Shown here: one piece after another, positions 51,660 through 64,000 of the stretch
How positions within the stretch are numbered: position 1 is the stretch's first letter
Layout: each line of letters opens with the position of its first letter
Origin: Geosiphon pyriformis uo1
Taxonomy: Eukaryota; Fungi; Glomeromycota
Direction of reading: 5' to 3'
NCBI GenBank assembly: GCA_016748015.1
Contig: JAAOMT010000735.1
Location: forward strand, 62,001-126,000
DNA: 64,000 bases
Made by a program: the position numbers and the translations under genes
Notes under the pieces: model-generated
Told to the model about the DNA's origin: nothing
Database searches by the model: none
Seen by the model: the letters and a program-made list of their open reading frames with translations, nothing else

Positions 51660-54620
51660 AAAAATACTTTTTTTTTAAATTTTTATAATTACAATTAGAA
51701 CAAAAAGTTGTAACTTTTTTATTTTTTAAAGCAATTAATAATATTTTTATTAATAATATACTTATAGTTATAAAGATTGTTTGACAATACTCTGTAAAAA
51801 TGTTTTTTTAAATAAAATAATAGTTAACTAATTTTTTGCTAATTTAAAAACATTTTTTTTATTTTTAGTTAAAAATTTATTCTTTTTTAAAGTTTTTTTA
51901 AAAAATTCATTTGAAAAAATTTTGGTATAATTTTTATTTTAACCAAAAACTCTATGTATTTAATAAAATAACTAATAATTAAGTTATTTTTTTCTTTTAT
52001 TTTTCTTTTTATTACTGTTTAAATAATTAAAAAAACCAAATTAATCCAAAAACTATTTTTTTAAACTTTTATTATATTTAATAATAATATTTTTTGGTAT
52101 TTTTGATTTTAATTTTAGTTTTTTAAACCAATTTTTTTTTATAAAAAATAAAACTTTTGTTTTTTTGTTATTTAAATTAATATTCATATTTAATTTTATT
52201 ATAACTGTAAATAAAAAAAAATTTTATTCTAAATAATAACAATAAAAACATATTATTTAATTTTAATTTGAATTAGTTTTTGATTATATTGTTTAATATA
52301 TTGGTTTTTAATTGATTTTTACTTGTTTTAAAAGCAAAAAAAATTATATTTCTATATATATTTTTAATTAATTAACTTATTAAATTATTTAATTTTAAAA
52401 ATTAAATTGATTAAATAAAAATAAAAATAATATTTTTTTTTGGTTTTTAATAATATTGTTTTTAATGGTATTAAAAAACAATTACCAGTTTTTAAAATAA
52501 ATGATTTTTATTTTAGTACTTAATAATTCTTTTAAGATTAAATTGGTTTTTGTTAAAACTGTCTTTTAATTTAAATATAATTTTATTAATATTAAGTTTA
52601 TGTTTAAAAACAATATAAAATTGTTTTATATAAAGTTTGTTTTTCAAGTTTTATTAAATATTTTTTAAGTTAAGCTTGTTAATTTTTTTTATATTTTATA
52701 TTTTTAAATTTATTAAATCTTTAGTAATTTTTGAATCTATTTTTTTTCTATTGCTATTGTTTTATATAATATTTTTAAAAATATTATTGTTGTTAATATT
52801 AAAAATATTAAAAATATTTTTGGTATTTAATAATATAATATTATTTATTTTAACTTTTTTATATAGCTATAACTGTTTTAAATTGATAATTAATTTTAAT
52901 AGTAAAAAATAATATTAAAATACTTTTTTTTGTTAATTAAAAAAAATTACTATATTTTATAATATATTTAAAATTAAGTTAGATAATTTTTTTGATTATA
53001 TTGTTATTAAAATTGATAATTTATTTTATTAGATTGGTAATAAAAAATTTTTATTTCTTATATTATTAATTTTATTTAACAATTATAATATAATTATTAT
53101 TTTTTATTTTTTTTTACTGTTGCTTAAATAATTAAAAAACCAAATTAGCCAAAAAACAATTTTTTTAAATTTCTGTTATATTTAATAACAACTTTTTTAA
53201 AATATTAAAAGCTTTTTTTTGGTGTTTTTAATGTTAGTTTTAGTGTTTTAAAATCAGTTTTTTTTTAAAAAAAAAATAAAACTTTGGTTTTTTCTGTTTT
53301 TTCTGGTTTTTTTTACCAATTTGTATTATTAAATATAGTATTTAATTCTATTATAAGTAAAAATTTTTTGTTTTAAATAATAATAATAGAAGCATATTAA
53401 CTATTTTTAATTTAGATTAATTCTTAATTATATTGTTTTTTAATTATATTGTTTTTAATAATATCTAAAAAACAATTATTAATTATTTAAAGTTTATAAA
53501 ATATATAGTTTTTATTTTAATATTTAATGTTTTTTAAGATTAAAATAGTTTTTATTAAGGCTGTTTTTTAATCTATACATTATTTTATTAATATAAAATT
53601 AGTATTTAAAGACAATATAAAGCTATTTTATATAAAATTTGTTTTTTAAGTTTTTTTAAAAATTGCTTTTTAAGTTAAACTTGCTAATTTTGTTTTTTTT
53701 ATTCTTAAGATTATTAAGTCTATAATAGTTTTAAATTTACTTTTTTTTGTTATTATTGCTTTGTATAATATATTTAAAAATATATTTGTTATTAATATTA
53801 AAATAATTTTTAATGCTTTTAGTCAAATTATTTAAATTATATTAAAATCTGTTAGTATTTAATAATATACTATTGTATATTTTAATATTATTAATATAAT
53901 TATAACTGCTTTTATATATTAATTAGTTTTATTAAGTAAAAATAATATTAAAATATTTTTTGAATATATTATTTTTAAAATTAATAATATAATTTTTTAA
54001 GTTAATATTATACTTGTTTTATTTTGTATTTTTTTTAGCTTTGTTTAACAACTATAATATATTATTATTATTTTTAACTTTAAATTTTTTTTGGATATTA
54101 TAATTATAAAAATAATATTTTAAAAAAGTATTATATTTAATAAAAAACTTTTAATTATTAATATTGCTTAAATATTAAGATTTCAAAATTTTTTATTTAA
54201 GTCTATAAATAATTACAGATTTTTGTATCTTGTTTTATTAGTATATTATAATTTTTATTATTATTGTTATAGTATATTTTTTGGTTAATTTTAAGTTAAT
54301 CTTTTTAAAATTTAAGTTAACTATATTGGCTTTATTAATTAAATTTATTATTAAACTTATTGATATTTTAATTATTATAATTATTAAATTATTTAATATT
54401 TTTTTTATTATATATTAAATTAAAAAGTAATTGTATTAAAATTAAAATTAATATTTTTGTTAATATATTAGATAAATTACATAAAAAAATTAATAATTAA
54501 AAGTTAAATATTAACTTAAATAATTGGTTATATATAAAAAAACATATATTATATTTTTTTTAAAATTTTTATAAATTAAGCTAAGATTAAATTATATTAA
54601 ATTATAAATATTAATTAAAA
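51660..54620 (+). mobile_element. Two extremely decayed copies of the ORF1-only retroelement (~51660-53090 and ~53100-54620)
   Basis: Recognisable colinearity with 55115-57221, e.g. FKIKL..VK.VF...KNNIKLF.IKF. Boundaries are approximate. Confidence 0.6.
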
Positions 54621-55089
54621 CCAATTTATTATTAACAATTAAATTTTATTTTATTATTAATTTTTAACTTTAAATTTAACAAATAATTGTTTTTTTGTAA
54701 TATACTATTATATTTATAATACATAAATTAATTTTGATAATATTTTTAAATATTATAAGTAATTTAATAAACTAATTTTTAAAAACAAATTTTTTACAAT
54801 AATTATATAAATAATACTAATATATAACAATTAAAAAACAAATATAATTATAAAAATTTATTGATTAAAATAATTTATTTATTAAAATAGTTATTAAACA
54901 ATATTTTTTTTTACAATAAAATTAAAAATATATATAAAAACATAGTTAAATTTTTTTTTAAATTATAGTAAATACAAATTATCTTAAATAACTAAAATTA
55001 TATAGTTTTTTTTATATAATAAATAGTTTTTTATATAAAGCTTTTATAAAATAAATATAAAATTAATAGTATTACAAATAATTAAAAAC

Positions 55090-57300
55090 TCTTTGTTTCT
55101 TTAATTTTATAACTATGACTAAAGCAAAAAATAAAAAAGCTGTATTTAATATTTTTTTAAGATATTTAATAAAGTTTCAATCAAAAAAGTTTTTTTTGTT
55201 AAAAAAACAATTAAACAGAATGTTTTAAAAGCTTTTTTCTTAAATAATAGTAGTAAAAAGCTGTCTTTGATAATTGCTAAAATATTTTTTTTATTTTTGG
55301 CTAGTTTTTTTATTAGTCAAGATTTCTTTAAAAAGATCTTTGAATTAATTCCAGTATTGTTTCTACTTTCATCAAAAGCCTAAAAGTTTTTAATAGTAAA
55401 TCAGTTAACAAACTAATTTTTTTTACTATTGTTATTATATCTGATATTACTAATATTACTTCTTTAAAAATAATTAGAAAAATCAAAAATTCCAAAAAGC
55501 AGAAACAGTTATTTGTTTTTATTATTGTTACACCAAATCCTTTTGTGGTTTTAGATAAAATCTTGAATAAAATTTTTATTGTATCATTTGACATATTATT
55601 TAAAATAGATTAAGATTAATTACTAATTATATTGTTAAATATAATATTTTTTAATAGATTCTTACCAATTTTAAAAGCAAAGCAATAGTTTTTTGTTGAA
55701 TTATTTATTCTTAAAAACTGAGCTAATTAAATGGAAACTAATTAATTATTGTTTTTTTTGGTTTTTAATATTGTTGTTAATAATATTTAAAAAATTATTA
55801 CTAATTATTAAAAATTTATTAAATAGATAGCCTTTACTTTAATGCTACTTTCAAGATCAAATTGGCTTATATTAAGACTATTTTTCAGTTTGTGCATGGT
55901 TTTTTAAGTACAAAGTTGGTATTAAAAAACAATATAAAGCTTTTCTGTATAGAATTTGCTTTTTAAAAATTTTTAGAAACTGTTTTTTTGGTTGAATTTA
56001 TGAGTTTTGTTTGTCTAATTATTTTTAAAATTACTAAGTTTTTGGTAGTTTTTGAAATTAGTTCTTTTTTTGCTGCTGTTGTATTATATAATATGTTTTT
56101 GAATGTATTTGTTTTTAATATTAAGACAGTATTTAGTAAGTTTAATAAAGTTACTTATATTAAACTAAAACTTAATAGTTTTTGGTAATATATTGTTATT
56201 TATTTTAAAAAGCTAAATGTTACTATAATTGTATTAAATTATTGATTAGTGTTGATAAATAAAAATAGTATTAGAATTTTTTCTTTAATAAATTAAAATA
56301 AAATTTTTTTGTTTTATAATAGGTTTAAGATTAAATTAGTTGACTTTTTTTTGGCTGTATTGTTTTTAATATTAGTAATATAATATCTTAAGTTAGTGAT
56401 TGAACATGTTTTATTCCTTATTCTTCTAAATTTGGTTATTGTTCTCAGTTTGCTCTGGTTATATTTAAATCTTAAGCTAATTTAGATACTATAATAATCA
56501 AGACTAGTACACTAAAGAAGTATTATATTTGATAAAAAACTTCTAGTTTTTAATATTGGTTTAGGTATTAAGATATAAACTATTTGGTTGTAAATTGTAA
56601 AATACTTTTGTCTTTTTTTTCCAAAATTTTCAAGGTATTTGCATCTTATTTTATAAGTAACAGGTTTTATCTTAAGATTTCTGTTTCTGTGAACACTTTT
56701 AATTTTTTTTGGCACTGTTTGTTTCTTTTTTTGTGGTTGTTGATAATTCTTTAATCTCTTTTTAATTGGTTTTTTTGAAGTCCAATTTGGTCAAGTTAAT
56801 TACTTTAATTATATTTATTATTAAATCTGTTGGTTTTTTGGTAATTGTGTTTGAACAATTTATTAAGAGTAATTTTGTTTTAAGCAGTGTTTTTAGTTTT
56901 AAAGTTAATAAACTTGTAATATATTTGAGTGTTTTTAGCAAAGTTATTGATAAATTGGAAAAAAAAGTAATGTTATTAAAGAAAAAATATTGCATAAATA
57001 ATATTAACATGTTTAGTAGTTTTATGAATTAGATTGTTATTAATAATAAGATATTTTCTAATTTAATATTACTTTGAGTTTATAAATCTGTTAAAATTAA
57101 AACTAATCTTTTAAAACCAGTTAAATGACTGGTTAAATTGGTTTTTTGTAGTATTATTTTGTTAAAAATAATTCAAAAAATGTCTTTTTTGAATAAATGT
57201 TTTTCTATAATATTAGCATAGTATAGCTTAAACTGATTTAAATAGTTAGTTATATATAGAAAGCACATAAATTTTATTTAGTATTAGAATATTTAATTTG
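55090..57300 (+). mobile_element. ORF1-only non-autonomous retroelement, decayed (ORF 55115-57221)
   Basis: Starts ATGACTAAAGCAAAAAATAAAAAAGCT and is colinear with 57855-59393. The stop is followed by a LINE-like 3' UTR motif. Confidence 0.8.
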
Positions 57301-57854
57301 TTCTTAACTTTTAGATAATAATTAAACCATATTTATTAAATATTTAATAATAATAAAAATATTACAAATTAAAAAATTTGTTTTTAAATATTTATTAAAA
57401 TATTATATTTAAATAAATTTTATCAAATTAAAATCTTAATCAAAGATTTTTTAATAAATTAGGTAGTATATTTAGTTTTTTAATTAGCAAATTTACTAAA
57501 TTAAACAGTTTTTTTTAAAAAACAATAAGTATTTTAAAAACTTTTTTGTTATTTACAAAAAAAACTTTTTTTTAATATTAACAAATAGTAAAAACTTTGA
57601 ATTTATAATATTATTTACAAATATATTAGTTTGTTTATTATTTAATATTAAAATAACTTTTATTTTATCTATTTAAAAAATAAAATTTTATTTTAATAAT
57701 AATATTAATATATTATTTTTTAATTTAATAACAATTTTAACTATATATAGTTTTAATTTATAGATATTTAAAAATACTTAATTGTTTAAATTAATAATAA
57801 TTTTATTAAATATTAATATATTTTTTAATATTAAAACTATTATTTATAATTTTG

Positions 57855-59393
57855 TTTTTTTTTTATTAGAATTTAATGAGCAAGATCTAATCACTATCTA
57901 ATACAATATGACCACATAGAGTCTTAAATTAGATGTGATTTATGCATTTTCTATATATAACCAGTTACTTGAGCCAGTTCAAGCTATACTATGTTAATGC
58001 ACTAGAAGAAAACTTATCCAAAGATGACATCTTTTGAATAACAAAAAACAAAGTCACACTACAAAGAACCAATCTAACCAGCCATTTGGCTGTTTTTAAA
58101 GTATTAGTTTTAACATTAATAGATTCATGTTTCCAAAGAAACATTAAGTTAAAAAACATTTTATTATCTAAACTAACTGAGTGCTTTGAATTACCAGACA
58201 TATTAATATCCTTTATATTGCATTTTTTTATAAAAAAACCACTTTTCTTCCCAACTTACCAACAATTTTACTAAAAAAACCCAAATGTACCATAATTTCA
58301 TTGACTTTAAGGCCAAGTTTATTGCTTGAAACCAAATTTCTATTAATAAATTGTTCAAAAAATTTGACCAAAGAACCAACTGGTTTAACAATAGACTTAA
58401 CCAAAGCAGAAAGCTTGACCAAATTAGACTCCAAAGAAGCCAATAGAGAAGATACCAAGAAATTACCAACAACTATAGAAAGAGAAGCAGAAGCTACCAG
58501 AAGAAAAAACTCAGAAAAATCTAAGGAAGCAGAAGCTTTTGCATAAAAAACACCATTCACAAAATGTGTTCTAAACATCTTGGGAGCCTTGGGAAGGGGA
58601 GGCAGAGAAACTTTGCAGTCTATAGCCAAATAACCCACTTTTTAACACCTAAAACAATGCTAACAACCAGGAGTTTCTTACCAAATATGACATTTCCTTA
58701 AGGTACCAGTTTTGACAACTGCAGAATTCAAATCAACTTAGGAATCAAACATAATTAGAGCAAACCAGGAACAATAACCAGAATTAGGCAAACAAGAAAT
58801 GAAACAAGTCTGGTCATCAACTTAGAAGATTATATTACTAATTTTAAAAACAGTACAGCCAGAAAAAAGATTGACCAACTTGGCTTTAAACTGATCACAA
58901 AACAAAATTGTTTCATTTTGATTAATAAGAAAAAGAATATGAACACTATTTTTGCCCATCAAAATCGACCAGTGAATCAGAGCAGAAGCAGCAGCATCCA
59001 ATTTTTTAAAGTAAACAATTACATATTGCCAAACACTAGCAGGTTTCAGCACGACATAAGAAACTTCACCAAAAACACCAAGAACTAACTTAATATTAAC
59101 AATAAATATACTTAAAGACACATTATATAGCACAATAGCAGCAGAAAAGAACTAGACTCAGAAATTACCAAAGACTTGGCAATTTTAAGAAAGACAAGAT
59201 AAACAAAGCTTACAAGCTCAACCAGAAATACAGCATCCAAAAAACTTAAGGAAGCAAACTCCATACAAAAGAGTTTCACATTGTTCTTAAAAACAGATTT
59301 TGCACCCAAAAAACCATGTATAGACTGAAAAACAGTCTTAACATAAGCCAATTTAATCTTGAAAGTAACATCAGGCACCAGAGTGGAGGCCAC
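57855..59393 (-). mobile_element. ORF1-only (half-LINE-like) retroelement; 5' part displaced by GyD
   Basis: RRM-like segments, CFRC*KVGYLAIDC knuckle, coiled coil, stop at 57989, then a LINE-type 3' UTR and poly(A); no ORF2. Confidence 0.82.
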
Positions 59394-62300
59394 TATTATT
59401 TGAGTAAAAAAACCAATCCAAAGTTATGAAAAAACATGACCAAAATGTGACATAACACAGAATGGCATGGAATAACATTAAATAACACATTATAACTGAG
59501 GATAATACAGGATAACATGTTATAACATAGAATAACACAAAATTACATGTAATAACATCAGATAACATGTTATAATATAGGATAATTAGTACTAACATAG
59601 AAGAACAAAGCAATTACAGAAATAGCAAAGCAATAGTTAGCAATAACAGAACAATCAAAAAGCAATCCTGTAAAACCAAAAGAATATATAAAAATAAGTA
59701 GTTAAGGAAAGTAAAAAGACATCTAAATATAAACCACTAAACAAGAATCAAATATCTATACCTCTTCATCATTTATTATATTCCATATTAATTTTTTGAA
59801 ATAAATCAATTATTAAGAAATCAGAATCATGAATTTATGTTCTCAAACTTTGTGGAATTTACATGAATTAATCATTGTTTCATATCTTCATTCCAAAACA
59901 GATGCTCTTAACATAACTGTCTCAAACTATTAATGATTTGGACCAATTGCTTTTGATCATAGTGATTGACAATACTAATTTATCTTTTCTTTTCTTTTCT
60001 TTCTTTTCTTTTATTTTCTTTTTCTTTCTTTATTTTTCTCTTGTGAAGCAATAACATAATAAAATTGACTGTCTGAAAATAGACTTTGTAATAGTCTAAT
60101 AAAAAAAAAAAGCTCCTTCTAGGTGTTTGGATATTAACATTATCTTAATAGCTTACCAAAAAAGTGAAAAGACAATGCTAGACCCTAACAACTGTGCTTA
60201 TTAGCTTAGAGAAGAAAGCTCATCTTTATAAGAAGTTGCAATCAGCAAAAACCAAAACTTTGTGCTTTATAACCAAAGAACTCAATGGGTAAATTCACAA
60301 TCAGTAAAATAAAATCTTCAGAGACTGATAATCAAAGAGTAAGCTACTGGAATTATGCAAAACATGCATTACCAATACTTGAGAGCACCAAATGTTACTA
60401 TTTTCCTACTCCATCAAGTTTATCTGTAACATTTGGTGCTCTCTGTGAGATTATAAATTCACAGAGACAGAACACCCCAGAAATTCACAAAAGTGGTGAC
60501 TATTAGAACAGTAGGAAAAGACCACTTCCCATATGGAAGAGTATTATTTTAATACTTTCAAAAAGACTTAGGAATACTAGCAGAAACTGCTTATACAGAA
60601 AGTAATTTTTGTAACTATATTAATGCAAAAATTAACTGTTTATTAAGTTGTACAACCAACACAAAAAGACTGAGAAAACAAATTCATTAAAGCTTATTAG
60701 GGTACTCAACAGCTACAACTACCCAAGCAATTGCTGAAACTTTGTGCATAATTGATACAGACATTAAATATTACATGGCATAACAATTCTCTCAAGTACA
60801 ACAACTAGTGGAATCCGACTCTAAGAAATATGAAGATGAATTCAACAATTCTACAACTGTCCAAGCCAAGTCTATGGTCAACAAAAAACCAAGATTCCTC
60901 TTTCCAACAACTCCATTATATTATCAGACATCCCAAAGTAGAATTGTATTCAACCCACTTCTGAAAACCCAGTCAGAAACACCACAAACTCCTAGAAATC
61001 CACATTCTTGGGGTCAACACAATTGAATCAAATCATTAGGAGACTACAGATTGTTGTTTAGAAATCTCACCTCAACAATTAATAAAACAGATGGAAATAC
61101 ATCAACATAGAAACCACCATCAATCCAACTCTTAACCAAATCATTAACTACCTCTTCTGAAGAAACAGCTATCCTTCAGCCATTGAAAAAATTAACAAAG
61201 GGAAACAACCAGAATTAGCATCAAGAGAACATCCTAGCATGCAAACACCAAACTTTTCAGCATCAACCAATAAAACTCCACCTACTTACCAGATTATGGC
61301 TTACTAAAATATTGCCAAATTAAAAAAATTCTCTGATGAAAAAAACAACACATATACATAAATTGTGGAAGCCAAGAAAGCTATTACTGTTAACAATTGG
61401 GATAATAATAGGGCCATTCAAGCATTGCCATTTTTTCTGACTGGAATCACAGACTTATGATATCAAAGCCTTGCAGAAAAACCAACTGATTTTGCCATCT
61501 TTAAACTTGTTTTTCTGTAATACTTTTGTAATTTCAACATTCTTATTAGATTACAAAATCAGTTCAATATCATAAAACAAAAAAATCACAAAGCAGTGAC
61601 CACTTATCTTGAACAATTTAACCAAATCCTTTGTCAAATTCAGGCTATTGAAAGGGACTACTATACTGTGGTACAAATCCTTAATCAATTCATCAAAGGA
61701 TTAAAGAGCAGCCTCTTCTGATTTGTAAGACCCTACCACCTGACAAACCTACAAGAAACAGTTACTCTTGCTCATAACTTTAAATCAGCAGAACAAGAGG
61801 CTACTCATACTTAAGCCATTAACCTGACTATCAATAAAACATCCAATATTAACACAAAAATAACTCAATTAAGTGAGAAATTAACTCAGAAAATTGAGGG
61901 ATTTTTAGCTAGTACTGTAGAATCCTACCAGCCACCACAATAAAGAGATAGTAATAACAACAGATACCAACAACAACAGAATCATTAGCAACAACAACAA
62001 TCTTGAAGATCCAATTCCCACAATTGTTACTATTGCCAGAAATCTAGACATATTGTTTGAGACTGTTGTAAAAAAGTAATAGACCAAAATCAAGGAAATC
62101 AATATCAGCAACCAAAATACTCTCAAAACATGGTATTCCAATACTTTACGTCTCAATATCAACTGTCTCAATACTCACAACAAATTCAGTATATCCAACA
62201 ACTGCCTCAGAACTACTACCAATTATTGCAGCCAATGGTTCAAGCAGCACCCCAGTACCAAAACTTTGTTAATAACCAATCTAGACATTGTGCAATTGAT

Positions 62301-64000
62301 TACAACTAAAGATGGAAGAGCTCTAGCAATAATTAGATGCCAACTAACAATATATCATCATGATTTCTAAATTGTAGTAATGCCTCATCTTGACCAGCAC
62401 CAACTGGATACTTTAACCAAGTCTTATATCTTGGTCTCATTAAAAACCAGAATTTTTATAGCTTTACATCTTTAGAAGAAAAGAATGTAAGAGAAATTTC
62501 CAACCTTTTGAGATGAAATTAAACCAACAATACTATTTTACTTGCCACTATTACTGAAAATACCATTTTTGCTGCTATTTTCCCCTTCAACATTGATGGT
62601 CTGAACACAAATAGTCTTTTCAATGAAGCTGCCATAAATTAAGACAAACCAATTATGGCCCTGTACACTAATGCTAAAGTTGGAAACATAAACATTAAAT
62701 TAATTCTCAATAGCAGATTAGCAGGCAGTATAATAATAAAACAACTTATAGATTAATTAGATTACCAAGTAAATTGTGCCACAACTGCCCAAATCATTAT
62801 TGCAGATGACAATACCAAAACTTCAATCAGAAAAATTGATAACTTTTCCTTCAAAATCAACAGAATCTAAATTCCTATGAAAGTTCTGGTCATAGAAGCC
62901 ATGTAATATTAAGCTCTTATTAGAAACAACTGGTTGGCCAAAGTCTATGCCACTTTTGACTGAAACACATAGGAATTACAGATCATCTTTAATGGATGAC
63001 ATGTTCGAGTTCTGGCTATATATAGATACTTTAAAGTCCAAAGCTTAAAGGAACTACTAATTGAATTTAAAAACACAACACTACCACCAACCATAGAAAT
63101 CTATCAAGTTTTATGGGTGGACAATTTCCGAACAGAGTTACCCTCACCACCAACTTGGAAAGAAAAGAAAAAGGGAAAAGCAAAAAAAACTACAATCAGC
63201 ACCTACAGGCTATTCCATCCCAAGTCAAAGAAGTCAATAGTATTAAATCCCGAAATTAATTTGTGTTGACTGTGAGAAAAAGTTATCTTTTATGGGTGTA
63301 TGTATTGGAGACAACAAAAAATGGCCAACTGCCACCAAACATTACTGCAAATCTTATGTGTTGAAAAAATTTGGCAGACCAAAATGACAAGACAAATAGG
63401 ACAATACATCATGCCTTGTTTGTAGCAAAATCCTGCCAGATAAAAGACTATAGAACAATATTCCTGGCAGAGGAGGAACATGTAATAAAGCATGTCAATA
63501 CACTATCTTGATCAATGATTGAATACAAAAAAAAACTCCAATTGATGATGCCTGAAAATAAGCATTATGACAATTGAACAGATATTCCCATAACAAACAT
63601 GAAATTTGGAAAATAATAAGTGCAAAAGCAGAGGGCACTACAACCAGGGAATTACTGGAAATCAAAACAACCTCTTATCTCTTTCAGAACCTAAATATAT
63701 CATGACTTTTGACATTTTTGGCAATATTGAAGACAATCCAGAATACTTTTACAAGCACTACCAGAATCTGGCACTGACTAGAAAAGAACAGAAACAAAGG
63801 CTAGTTGACTTAAACACAAAACTGTGCAATTATTGTTTGATTCCTTGCCACTTTCAGTACTGTAACAAATGTGATATCATGTTTAATCTGCCTTTAAGAA
63901 AACCATACCTGATTACTAAACTACTAGAACCCAAGGTAGAAGAGGAATTAATCACTGAGAACATGTTATTTTAAGATCCAACAGAAAATACTAAAACAGA
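59394..64000 (+). mobile_element. Gypsy element GyD, 5' half (LTR 59394-60431, PBS 60434-60449, degenerate gag, PR and Cys-rich domain)
   Basis: LTR homologous to the GyE and GyB LTRs; PBS TGGTGCTCTCTGTGAG; coding region colinear with GyB. Confidence 0.92.

Noticed and set aside
47400-52060. Inverted repeats flanking the GT8 gene, suggesting a gene-carrying DNA transposon
   Set aside because: The arms are two oppositely oriented decayed half-LINE copies. There are no defined termini or TSD, and the homology continues outward as element sequence.
52676-57032. Hydrophobic F/I/L-rich ORFs resembling membrane or mitochondrial proteins
   Set aside because: They are by-products of extreme AT bias in decayed half-LINE copies.

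Overview
Eukaryotic, most likely fungal, transposon-dense DNA. The repeat proteins resemble my recollection of Glomeromycota/Geosiphon-type families, which I have not verified. One host gene is supported: a 3-exon membrane-anchored GT8 glycosyltransferase at 49582-50896 (-). The rest is a nest of (i) five Ty3/Gypsy-type LTR elements, which I label GyA-GyE, plus solo or partial LTRs, (ii) RNase H-containing LINEs, and (iii) several copies of an ORF1-only 'half-LINE' that shares the LINE 3' end. Older copies decay by C>T/G>A transitions into extremely AT-rich DNA. The most interesting signal is an unusual architecture shared by the divergent LTR families. Gag lacks an AUG and appears to start at a conserved AAA-GUG-G. 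One frame then encodes Gag, protease, a Cys-rich domain, dUTPase, a dUTPase-like spacer, RT and RNase H, and stops right after RNase H. Integrase is a separate ORF with its own ATG. An extra conserved ORF sits in the env position. Insertions have 4-bp TSDs and TGTTAC...GTAACA termini, and an LTR-encoded antisense copy of the PBS can fold over the primer site. The first 6.3 kb has assembly gaps with duplicated or misordered contigs.
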